NCBI RefSeq assembly: GCF_947568905.1
Contig: NC_079164.1
Span: 107,136,001 to 107,200,000 of the forward strand
DNA: 64,000 nucleotides
Direction: 5' to 3'
From: Ostrea edulis
Lineage: Eukaryota
The notes under the pieces were generated by a model. The model saw only the letters and a list, made by a program, of their open reading frames with translations. It searched no databases and was not told where the DNA came from. The translations under genes were made by a program, and so were the position numbers. This document shows positions 53,201 to 64,000 of this stretch, piece after piece. Position 1 is the stretch's first letter. Each line of letters starts with the position of its first letter.

Positions 53201-56200
53201 GGGTCTTTGAACTGAAAGCAAGCACATACATTAACAAAAATTGCCAAAAATATCTTCTACATTTTTCAAATGTTATTTTTCCATAGAATTTGAACATGAT
53301 AAATTAACATATTATCTATTGGCTTGAATACACCAACATCTAGCTGTTTGTTTAAAAAAAAAACTCACATTATATTTAGCTTCCAAAGTCTCGAAGTCCC
53401 TCCTTGGAATGACATCATAATAATTAGTTATCATGTCATTCAAACGCTTTGTGGCATTCTTTTCATCATCTCTGGCTTGTCTGAAATAAACAAATTAGTT
53501 CTAGAAATAAAATTTCCCTTTAATATTCATTTTTTTTTAATGTGATAAAAGATGTACTTGTGATATACATGTACAATATTGTATTTACATGTACATTCCA
53601 TGACATCTAAGCAATTATTGAACATGGGTGTTTTTTAGTTATCTCCACTTAATTGTGCAGAGGATTTATGATTACATCAGTAGTTTGACTTTTTAAAAGT
53701 ACTTAAAACTGTGTAAAAGCTCTCTAATACCATTTTGTCTTCATTGGATTTTATCATAACCTTTTCAAGATTGAGCTAGTGTCCTTTATATATGTAATTA
53801 CAGATCTGAGAGATACTGGTATTGTTCCCAAATAGTTTCCTAAGTACCTAAGAGCTATCTTGAGTGTAACTGGGTCATCCTGGGCTTCCATTTCAGCTGC
53901 CTCTTTAGATGCCATCAAATCATCCTTTTGATCTCGCATATCATTCATTTCTTGTAACAAAAGCTTTTTAGAATCTAGTTCATCTCTGTAGTTTTTGTAA
54001 GTTTCTGCTAGATCATCCTCTAACTTTCTCACTTCTGCACCTAAATCTAGTCTCTCATTCTGCATGTTCTGAATTTTCTCCAGAAGTCTCTTGTTTTCAG
54101 CCTTCAAATCTTTAATCTCTGTAAATAAGAAATTCATAAGTCAGACTGAACTGAATACGAGACAATGTACATGGAAGTACACCAAGGAATGAAAGCTTTT
54201 GATTTACATGTCTTCCTTCATCTGCCACGATTTCTGTACTTTTTTTCATTCTTAGTTATCAAGTTGAAATGACTTTGAATTATTTCATTTTCAAGCAATT
54301 TTTAACAACAAAATTACACTTGGGAACAATGCTGGATATGTGATTGTCTCACTGAAATGAGTTGATGTCCATTACTGATTGATAGTTGCCTGTACCTTGT
54401 TTTTCCTCCTCCCTGATGGCCATTATCTTCTGATCACACTGCTCCGATACTGTCACTAACATTTGCTAAATCATCAAAATATTTCAATTAATGCATCTTA
54501 AGTATATTATTCAAATTAATTCTAAGAGAGCTTGACTGCATCTTAAGTATATAATTTTTTTAAAATAATTTCAAGAGAGCTTAGAAATACACTGTATAAT
54601 AGAATGAGCAGCATTCAGTCGTACCTTTAGTGGTTCCAGTTCTCGTATAACTTGTCTCTGGTATGCCAGCATCATTTCATACTCATTTTTTACTGCTGAT
54701 AAGAGAGGTTTGTAGGTCTTAAAGTCCTCTATCAGATATTCAAAAACCTCTCTGTGAGCCTGTAGAAATATAATATAATATACATATACAATGGCATTAT
54801 CTAAAACAATTAGATAAAAAGCACCAAGCAATGTAGCATATACATGTATATATATATATTAAGTACGAAAACCCAACATTACCCTACTTTCTTAAAGTGT
54901 CGTATCTAAGAAGATACAAGGCTAGTAAAGAAATTTATAAAAGTACTGAAAAGACCACGACACTGTTGATTATTTAAAACTCAAATTTTCGATGCAACCC
55001 ACGTCTTTATCAAGAGACATATATTACATAAACAAATATCACACACAACGAAAAAACGACAAATATTAATAATCTACATTGTTAACAAGAATGATACACT
55101 GTTGTACTCAACGTGAATACTACTGGATTCTTACTATCAACATATATTACCTGTAGCCTTAGTTCGTTAGCATTAACATCTGTAACCCCCAAGGCCCGTA
55201 ACTCTTTCTTCAGGTAACTCTCCAGTTGCTCCAGAAACCTGGGTTTGGGAATCATTTTAGGTTTCCCCATAGCCTCCTCATCGTACAGAATGAGACTTTT
55301 ATTTTTTGACAACATTAGCGTTGTGGAGGCCCCTGCCTGACCACTCGCATGAGCTGGCCAAGTATCCACATCACCGGACTGTGTGTCAACGTATGGCTGT
55401 AAATCATAACACAAACATTAATCAGAGGTTCTGCAAGGCAAAAATCACATTTTATCTAGAATTGATATTTTTGGAAGATCCAATAAACAAAATTTGAATC
55501 AAAACATATTAAACATACAGAATTCATTATACAATAAATCAAGGTAATATACAGTCAAATTGTATTTGCATATCATCTGATGATCTTACTCTCAGAGTCC
55601 TGGGATTTGGTAGGGGATGGGATTTATCGTTAAGCTTGTATGATGGTCCTGTTAATCCCTCAAATTGCTGTCCAGCTCGTGGAGAAAGACTCCTCCCCCT
55701 GGATAAAAAAATTAAAAATAATATTTTAAGTATCCTTAGGATGGCTTTCAATTTTGATGCTGACATTATTAATTCCAAGTCTACTGGACTAAGTTGCAGT
55801 AATCTTTCTTTAAATCTAATGAGTTATCAATCTAAAATCCAATGTGCCTGGTTAAATTTTGACTGAACATGCCATATGCCAAGTAGTTAGTAAGTATAAA
55901 TCAAAGTTAATTTGTGGTATAAAACCATTATTAAATTATAATGATTAAGTTAAGAATCATAAAATAAATTAACTGCTTGTTTTGGCAATTTTAATGGTTG
56001 AGATTTCCCATAATACAAATTGTGATATGCTCTGGCTACTGCCAGAAATATGGTACTGGACCACCTGGATTAGTACATGGCAGTTTTAATGGGTTTAGTT
56101 GTTAATCAACTATAATGTATACTGGAAAAGTGTTGCCCCTTACATATACTATTTTCATCCAGACATATTGAAATGTCATTTCATATCGTTACAAATTCAC

Positions 56201-57147
56201 CCCAAACCCTTCCACTTCCCACTATCATAAATACATTATAGGAAGTGTTAGCTTGCTGGAGATTACTATAATATCATAAGAATGTTTTGATTAAATCACA
56301 GGGGCTTCTTATCCATTTTGTTCTCAAACTATATATATAAAAATCAGCTGATGCATTTAATCATTAGAAATAAAATACATAAAAGGTGATATTATATTCA
56401 TGGACAATTATTTTTTTCATTTTCAAAACATCATTCAGATAAAAAAAATTCCACATTTTACATAATGAAATCAGGGTGCTACTTCTCTGGACATTTACCA
56501 TAATGTAATAATACATCAGATCTGTTTAATTATATTAGTCTAACGAACCAATAACATTTTTGTGTGTATATGTTCCGAAATTAGCTCTAAAACAGTGATT
56601 CACTGAATTTGACTGTCAAAGTACATCACATTAGCTGACCCTGGAATGGTCCTAATATCTTGTCTGTTGTACCGGTTCGCTTTTGCGCATTCCTGGTGTT
56701 TTAGGCCAATTAATTTATTAAGATGCTGTTTTTGATCAACATATTACATTATATTTCATTAGGACAGTATGTAATCTCTTGTACTTAATTAGAGAAATCT
56801 AAGAATGTAGCTGTTCCTGATTATCTATCATTTAAACAGAGAACATTCTATCTAATTGGGGGGGGGGGGGGGGGTCGTGTTTTTAGATATTAGGCCCGAT
56901 TGTTTAACCAAGAGGTTGGCCGTTGATTTACTTACTTTAAAAGTAAAAATTGAATCATTGTAGTTGTTTCAATATAACACACAAATTGAGTGAACGTGAT
57001 TTTTATTCTTCATTAAACCAAATAGAGTCTATGAAACTAAACTTGTTGAATAGAAGCACGTTTTCTTTTTGTCTCGTGTATGTATTTTACCACAACTTTG
57101 TACCTTTCAATTGGAGGAAGTCTGGCTACCATCATTCTACCATCCAT
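50227..57147 (-). CDS. TSNAXIP1: Translin-associated factor X-interacting protein 1, complete, 15 coding exons, 713 aa
   Basis: Exons 57147-57104, 55698-55590, 55396-55151, 54759-54625, 54465-54396, 54118-53848, 53480-53369, 53026-52965, 52461-52372, 52157-51995, 51792-51664, 51532-51359, 51206-50964, 50723-50617 and 50413-50227 (2142 nt). Motifs KPRFLEQLESYLKKEL, EDFKTYKPLLS, DVIPRRDF and STPRPDW match recalled human TSNAXIP1. The first two exons are less certain. Confidence 0.92.
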
Positions 57148-58844
57148 TTTGGTGCTCAACACGTATAATTCGCAATCAAGTGCAAATCACTAACTAGCCC
57201 TCCCTATCAAGTTTGACAGCCATTTTACATGAATGGCGACGTAGTCAAGGTAACTATAAGCTAAGTTCCGATTTTTGATAGCCTACCAGTAAAATTGTTT
57301 TGTAAATATAATAATTGACAATAATCAGCAATTTATCAATACATTATATATATCCTGATGCTTCTTTACGTATCATTCTATTGAATTATTAATACAAGAA
57401 GATTGACATTTAGGGGAGATGTCGTAAAACGATGACGTTAAGGTACCAACTCATTTCGAACTACTAGTGTTTCGGTGCACACGTAATATCGACCTTTAAA
57501 CACATGACGGATATATCCGTCTTTCACCTATTTAGGCGATTATTATTTATTCACTGGGTATAATAAAAAAAAATCTGGTAAGCTATTGATACTAAAAAGG
57601 TTTATATTTCCTATGAATAATCAATTATTTTAAAAATAATGTCGAGGGCAATGATTCCTATTTTAAGTTTATTATACAATAATTTCCCTGATGTTCATAA
57701 TTGATTTATATATTCTTTTGCATTTCTAAAGTAGCGGTTTTTTGAAACTGTTGACATAAAAAATTTGTAATTTTAACCAGTTTTTGTGTAGATCTATTTC
57801 TATTATGCCGTTTAGTGAAAATGTGCGATTTCCTGATGTTGACCTTGTATGTCTGACATCTTTAAAAAGATGGCAACATATACATTTTTGGGGATTAATG
57901 ATAAAATTAAACTATGCTATGTGGAAATGAATACAGTTTTTCTTCTTTGAACCATTGATAAATTGATATTGATAAGCTATATGAGGTGAGCTATATACCT
58001 TAATTACAAAATGAAATGTCGTAGATAAAACGTCTTCCAATTATCATTTCGTTAACTAGTTTGCACGAAGTTATTAAAAACCCATCTTTTTTAGTAACCT
58101 TGGTCGCCCTGTTTCATATTTCAGGTACCAAAGACACCCCCCCTCCCCCCCCCCCCACCCCCCCCCCCCCGGAATTAACATGACCGCAACAAACTACGTA
58201 TATATACAGGTATATACTGAGGATACTGTCTGTCTGTCAATATGGAGAACTCTACGGATGTTTAAGCTTGATACACCAAAGCTGACGACCTGAGAAATCA
58301 CTATATAGAGTATCCACGACCAACTAGAGAAAGTCGTATCACCACGACCCACAGTCGTTGGTGAGGATGTAGTTACACGTAAAACGCTCATATTAATGAG
58401 TTAAAAATGTGTCTTGATGTAAATATATATAGTTGGGGGGGGGGGGGGGGACGAATCCTGAAACAAACTAATGTTTTCAAAATCTAGGCAAACGCCACAA
58501 TGTCAATGATATTCAAGCTGAAAGAGAAATAAATGAAAGTACTTGAGTGGGCAATATTGCTTACAAATATTTAGTTTCAAAACAAGTAACCACTAAGAAG
58601 CTCATATATTAACTAACTTGTATGCTGAGCGCAGAGAGGTTTCTTTCGTCCGACATTATTTGACTAAGGTCACTGTTAGGGGAAAAGTACTAAATCATTT
58701 AGATATATGGATTTCAGGTCAGTTTCACCTCTAGAAGTCAAACTGCTTTAATGTTTCTACTTGTTTAATTTCTAACCCTCTATAGCATTTCAGTTATTAT
58801 ACGGGGAGGGGGGGGGGGTGTCAACTGGCTCAATTTCGATCATG

Positions 58845-59255
58845 AAAAGTGGAGATAACGAACAATGATCAATCTCATAAATCCCACAATCCACAATGAT
58901 TACAAAATTAAGAGTAGGGAAAACATGCATGCAACCCTGGACACACCAGAGGTGGAATCAGGTGTTTAAGGTGCCTAGGAGGAGTAAGCATCCCCTGTTG
59001 ACCGGTCACACCAGTCGTGAGCCCTCCATTTTGATCAGGTAAACGTAGTGATCCATACCATAGTCAACATCATTATGTAAAGAACGGCCTAACAACTGGT
59101 AGGAAATATACGTCAGGAGCATACGGCCTAACGACAGATTGTATTTGCAAGTAAATTCATTATAACGACCATAGAATTTGCGAAACGCTGACTTCAAACG
59201 AGAATATTGAAATCCCTGTAACATCAACTTATTTGTCGGTAGATTGCCTCGATTT
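58845..59255 (-). mobile_element. 3' fragment of a Penelope-like retroelement (RT C-terminus plus structured 3' UTR)
   Basis: Minus translation KLMLQGFQYSRLKSAFRKFYGRY resembles the LxQG...RL...F.KFY.R motif of invertebrate Penelope-like RTs. The 3' UTR is shared with 61900-62060. Confidence 0.55.
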
Positions 59256-60971
59256 AAAATAAAAATGATCATACGAAGAACATGTTCTCGCGTGTTAAAT
59301 CAGTTGAGACGTAAACACCATATACAGGTGATAGTGGAACATTGCTACAGTGTACATAAATGGGAAGTGAACGATGAAGTCATCCTGTTTGTCTTAAAGT
59401 TGAGTTGTCAGTTTGCCGTTGACATCTCTGTTCAATAAAATATCCAAATGTGAAGCAGATATGGATGACTGTGGTCTCTTTTATTTCGAGTTCACAGCAT
59501 CTTCGCTAGCCAAGGGTTTTCGGTCCACTCCGCTCCCCATAATTGGGGATTAACAAAGTGATTTTAAAAGACTAATCACAAGATATGAATATTTCCGTGC
59601 TCCATTTTTATCGGAAACCCCCCCCCCCAAAAAAAACCCAGCTGTCTGTGTCAAAAAGCCTACCTTTTAATTTATCGTGAGGATTTTATGATTGTTAACG
59701 CGCTTCATGAAGCGTTGTGGTACACACCCCATGTAATCACAAAGCTGAGATTTATTTTCTACTTTCATTTCACCTGTTTAAAATAGATGTACTATATTTA
59801 TCAAAATTCATACCCGCATTATTCACATCTGCAGTGTATTCACGATCGAGGAAATAGCTGTCATTACAATTTGAAAAGATAAGGCAAAATCAACCGAAAA
59901 GTAAATATTCAGTAATGCAATCAAAAGACCACTTTAATTAAGATATTCGGTCTGCATAATGAGTGAATGACTATGAATTTTAACCATAACGCACAATTTG
60001 CCTGATTATTAGTTTCTGGCTTTACAAGGCACCCATGGTTTCGTGGACAAATTGAAAAATTACTATTGTATTTTCAAAGTTCATGGAATTATATATAGAT
60101 GAAAGTAATCCATGTACAACCATTATAAAAAACCCTCAGTAATTATATACGTATAGGTACCAGATCGTGAGTAAAATGACTTATTTTCACAGGGAACATA
60201 ACATTTTCATATTCCAGAACAAATAAAAAATGGACACGTTATAAGTTGCATATAAAATGATAATGACGGTGTGATGACGTTAATTAATTATGCAAATAAT
60301 CGATATTTCGTAACGAATTTGAACATTCATCAAAATATTTTTTTAATTTAGACATTTTTTAAAAGAATTATTCTATTTGAATTATCAATTTAGAATACCC
60401 GATCAATTAAGTCTCATGAACTTGAATTCGTCTGTATCGCTTAGAAGTAATCAAGTGGGATTTCACAATGGATTTGGGGCAAAAATTACGCCACCCCAAT
60501 ACATTTCATTGAAATAACGCTACGTAGGAGCAAGCAATAAAACTGTACTCTCGGGGGGGGGGGGTTATTTTTTTTTTTTAGATCTAATATTAATTACCCA
60601 CTGTGACACATTTACATGTAAAAATGGGATAGATGCATTTTTCTTTTCTCGAAAATACCTTTAAAAAATCATAATTATCAATAAAGATTTTTAAAAAATT
60701 CAGATTAAACGAGTATAGCTTGATAGAGAAAGTTCGATTGTAAATCAATCGAATCAAATTAGTACAAAAGGATATTTTTGGTAACAACCAAAATGTGAGG
60801 TCGAAATGTGTAAGGATCGAATCAACGTGGGGCCGAACTAGTCGGTAATCTTTTTATGTAACGACGAATTTAATTGGATGCTATCTTTTTCATCACCAAA
60901 TAGAAATTCACGTTTCAAACAACATCAATGTCTAATATCTGCATACGGGCATTGGTGGAAGTATCAGAAAA

Positions 60972-61161
60972 ATGGCAGCGACAAGTGGGTATAGTTCCAC
61001 TGAATCACTAAATACAAGTATTCAAGAAATTCCTGACCCTTTGAAACAGCTTTATCCTGCTGTAAACGAAGATGAAACCCCTCTTCCGAGATCTTGGAGT
61101 TCTAAAGATAAATACAACTTTATTGGATTATCCCAAAATAATCTGCGCGTACACTACAAAG
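60972..61161 (+). CDS. RANBP9/RANBP10: Ran-binding protein 9/10 (RanBPM, SPRY domain), coding exon 1
   Basis: [41 protein letters not shown], then donor G|GTAAAT; near-identical to the recalled RANBP9/10 SPRY start. Exon 2 was not found in the window. Confidence 0.93.
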
Positions 61162-61899
61162 GTAAATATATATTTCGACATACGTAAACAAACGCAATTA
61201 TCGTGTTCGACAAAATAACAAGACCACAGATACATATTGTGTTAATCATTATGTGGTCAATACATCAGATTGAGTGATCTGATGTCTGCACGTATCTTAA
61301 AAATATCTAGTTGTCAGGCGAGCTTCTTTGTTTTGGTTTATTTTTAGAACAGCAGTAATCATAGAGTCGCTGACCCATTAAACAGCTGATTTGCAAAGCC
61401 CGTTTGACAAAAATGATTTCAAGCTTTAACATATTATAGCTAGACTGACAGTTACACTATTCAAGTGATGTGCTTTGTGGTAAACATGGTAAAGTGCAGG
61501 AGTTGAGTAATACCAATTGATTCCTATTTTTGTCTCATGAATAATTCAGTAAATTTTAATTCGAAAGAAGCTAAAACTAAAGTAAACTGTTTATTGGAAT
61601 GAGGTCTGTGTTATAACATGGCAGAATGTTTTGTTTAGATGGTAAAATGGCGTTATTTTGAACATGGGTTTTGTAAATGTGCATTTTAAAATACAATATT
61701 CTTAAACTAATAAATTTAAGTCACAGGATATTGCTCCCTGATTGTTTTGATATTGAAAATCTCTTAACACTACACAAAGGTGGAAGTTATTTTGGACCCC
61801 GATCCAATTTGACTAGTTTGACATGTATATTTATATATATAGAATTGTGGAACATCAATATCCTTAATAGTTAACAGCTTTAATGTCAAATGAGAACGT

Positions 61900-62060
61900 C
61901 AAGTGAAAGGCAAAGATAGTGAACAGTGATCAATCTCATAACTCCTAAAATCAATACAAAATAGATAGTTGGGCAAACACGGACCCCTGGACACACCAGA
62001 GGAGGATCGGTGCCTAGGAGGAGTAAGCACCCCCTGTCGACCAGTCACACCCGCCGTGAC
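61900..62060 (-). mobile_element. Solo 3' end of the same Penelope-like family as 58845-59255
   Basis: Shared gatcaatctcata...ccctggacacaccagagg...ggtgcctaggaggagtaagca.cccctgt.gacc.gtcacacc. Confidence 0.6.
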
Positions 62061-63724
62061 TTGCTGGTATTCACAAAACCAAACCAAAATTAATCTATAC
62101 AAGAATCCTAAGATACTATGGGCTTACAAACCATCAAAATTCTTGTTTCGGATATACTTTTCATCATTAACATATTTAAGAAAACTAGTGTGTTTGATCT
62201 TCAAGATAAGAAGAGATGACTGTACAGAGTAAAATCAACAAGGAAGTTTTTCAGTTGAGTCCATTTCACTTCTGGTATACTTGGTGAAGGAGTAAGAATT
62301 ACGACAATCAAAGACAATTGTTCTGGAAACCATAAGAGATGCACAATTTTACTTTGAAAAATGAAAATTAGAAACTGTAAATTTAATAGAACCCCTTTGG
62401 GATTCAAACTTTACAGATCACAATCCACTAAGGCCAATGATAAAAACAATTGTGTACTGTATTTAATAAATGTATTCGACCAACCCACCAGAATTAACAC
62501 AACCCAATTGATTTTTCCAGACTTTGAAATTTAAAAAAAAATGTATCTACTTGTTGATCAGAGGTTATTTTACATGTGTGAAATAACTCATAAAAATAAA
62601 TTTTGTGCTGTATTTTTTATGTGCAAATAAAAAAGGATATACTTACCTTCCTAACCTACACATCTTGAAATGTGTAGGTCAGAGTTTATCAAACAAATAA
62701 TATTTTTTCCAGTAACCTTTTAAAACTTGTTATTTGACTAAGAGTCTCCAGATAGAGCATAGTAGTACCAAAAAAGTATAAATTTTAATGGGCAGTGCCC
62801 TAGCTCACCAGGTCAAGGAATATTTGGCTTATTTATTCGTAATGCATTTGTGTTTCCAAAGAAACACTGCCATTATTATAATGATGTAGCTTATTACTGT
62901 GAATAGATATCTTTTCCATGCAATAACATGCAGTTATGTAAACAACGAAGTGTGGTTCTCTTTGTCTTTATTGGGGGTATGATGGACAAAACCGTTGTAG
63001 CTCATAACTTGTGTCATGTAAATTTTTCTACAATATTGATGAGCGTCATTTCCCCCTGTAATGACAACAAAACCACACTTCATTGGTTGTATGTACATCA
63101 ACTCCAACATGTTTTATGGTCTATGATATATGCATTTACAACCATGTTTAATACTTAAAATGAAGGCACTAAATGGAACAGTGAAGGCAAGTGGTCACAG
63201 GCATATTTGATTGGCAGAAGAGTCTGAACTTGTTCCTTTTGTGTAATAATTCATTTATTATGTTAATGGACATTATTTAAAAGAAAAAACAGTTGGCTTT
63301 TATTTTGTTTATATATTTTGTGTAAAATGATGTCTATCATTTTCAATATATTAGCAATTGACAGTAGCCCACCCAGATCATGGTTTGGCAGACTGCCAAA
63401 TCCTGCCAGCTGATTTACGCATCATTGACAGGCAAGGAGAATTCTACTGAATGTGTATTGAACCTGATCATATCAGCATGGAGTGGTCAGTTGTAACCTT
63501 CAGTGCTACATTGAATCTTAGGGAAGTTTTTACCTGTGGAAGGGGAAACATTCATTTTTTGTCAATAATGGAAAGGTACCCTCTACCGGTAGTAAAAAGA
63601 ACCTTGATAAATCCCTGAATGAAGGATAATAGTTGTTGGTCTATCTTACCATTTTAAATAAAAAAGTTTTAAAGATTTATTTTTTTTAAGCTGACAGACA
63701 GTAAGGTACATGTAAATTTTGAGG

Positions 63725-64000
63725 TTAACTTTTTAGACTAAGTGAGCTTACTTATAAGAATATGGCTGTTGTTGTAATTTTTCACATTTTCAACTTGGCC
63801 AATTTCAACCTAATTTGCACAAAGTATCCTAGGTAAAGGGGATTCAAGTTAGTTCAAATGAAAGGTCCTACTTTTTTTGGGGGGGGGGGGGGGGGTTATT
63901 GGAAAATAGCGTGGGGTGTTAAAATATGAAGATCCACTGAACTGGAAAATCCAATTTTACATTAAAAGTTTCCTTGTGTGGTATATATTCAAGTTGTCCA
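63725..64000 (+). mobile_element. Partial HINE-like element at the window edge
   Basis: tttttagactaagtgagctt...caacctaatttgcacaaagtatcc...gggattcaagtt...ccactgaactggaaaatcc. Confidence 0.45.

Noticed and set aside
63384-63400. 17-bp palindrome tttggcagactgccaaa in RANBP9/10 intron 1
   Set aside because: A single short palindrome is within chance expectation for 64 kb and has no supporting context.

Overview
AT-rich, intron-rich animal DNA, almost certainly a bivalve and probably an oyster (inferred from its SINEs, Helentron-like elements and gene set). I rebuilt six spliced protein-coding genes by hand; every exon is bounded by GT-AG and the reading phases join. They are the TRAPPC8 5' end (minus), complete MBTPS1/site-1 protease (minus, 28 coding exons, 1063 aa), an uncharacterised 1063-aa protein with a long acidic disordered N-terminus and a papain-fold C39-like Cys-His-Asn domain (plus, divergent from MBTPS1), a tyrosinase-like type-3 copper protein (minus), complete TSNAXIP1 (minus, 713 aa) and RANBP9/10 exon 1 (plus, divergent from TSNAXIP1). 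Introns and intergenic DNA hold RTE LINE remnants, tRNA-derived SINEs, HINE-like elements, hAT MITEs, a Penelope-like fragment and over 15 minisatellites. The top observation is that at least seven MBTPS1 splice junctions have themselves been tandemly amplified, creating arrays of decoy splice sites; for all six donor arrays decoy use gives a premature stop. Other highlights are the orphan protease with an ATF4-like uORF layout, a U12-type donor in TRAPPC8, the TSNAXIP1-RANBP10 head-to-head pair also found in human, a LINE flanked by a 246-bp duplication, and a SINE with a 12-fold amplified A-box. Family assignments come from recalled motifs, not database searches.
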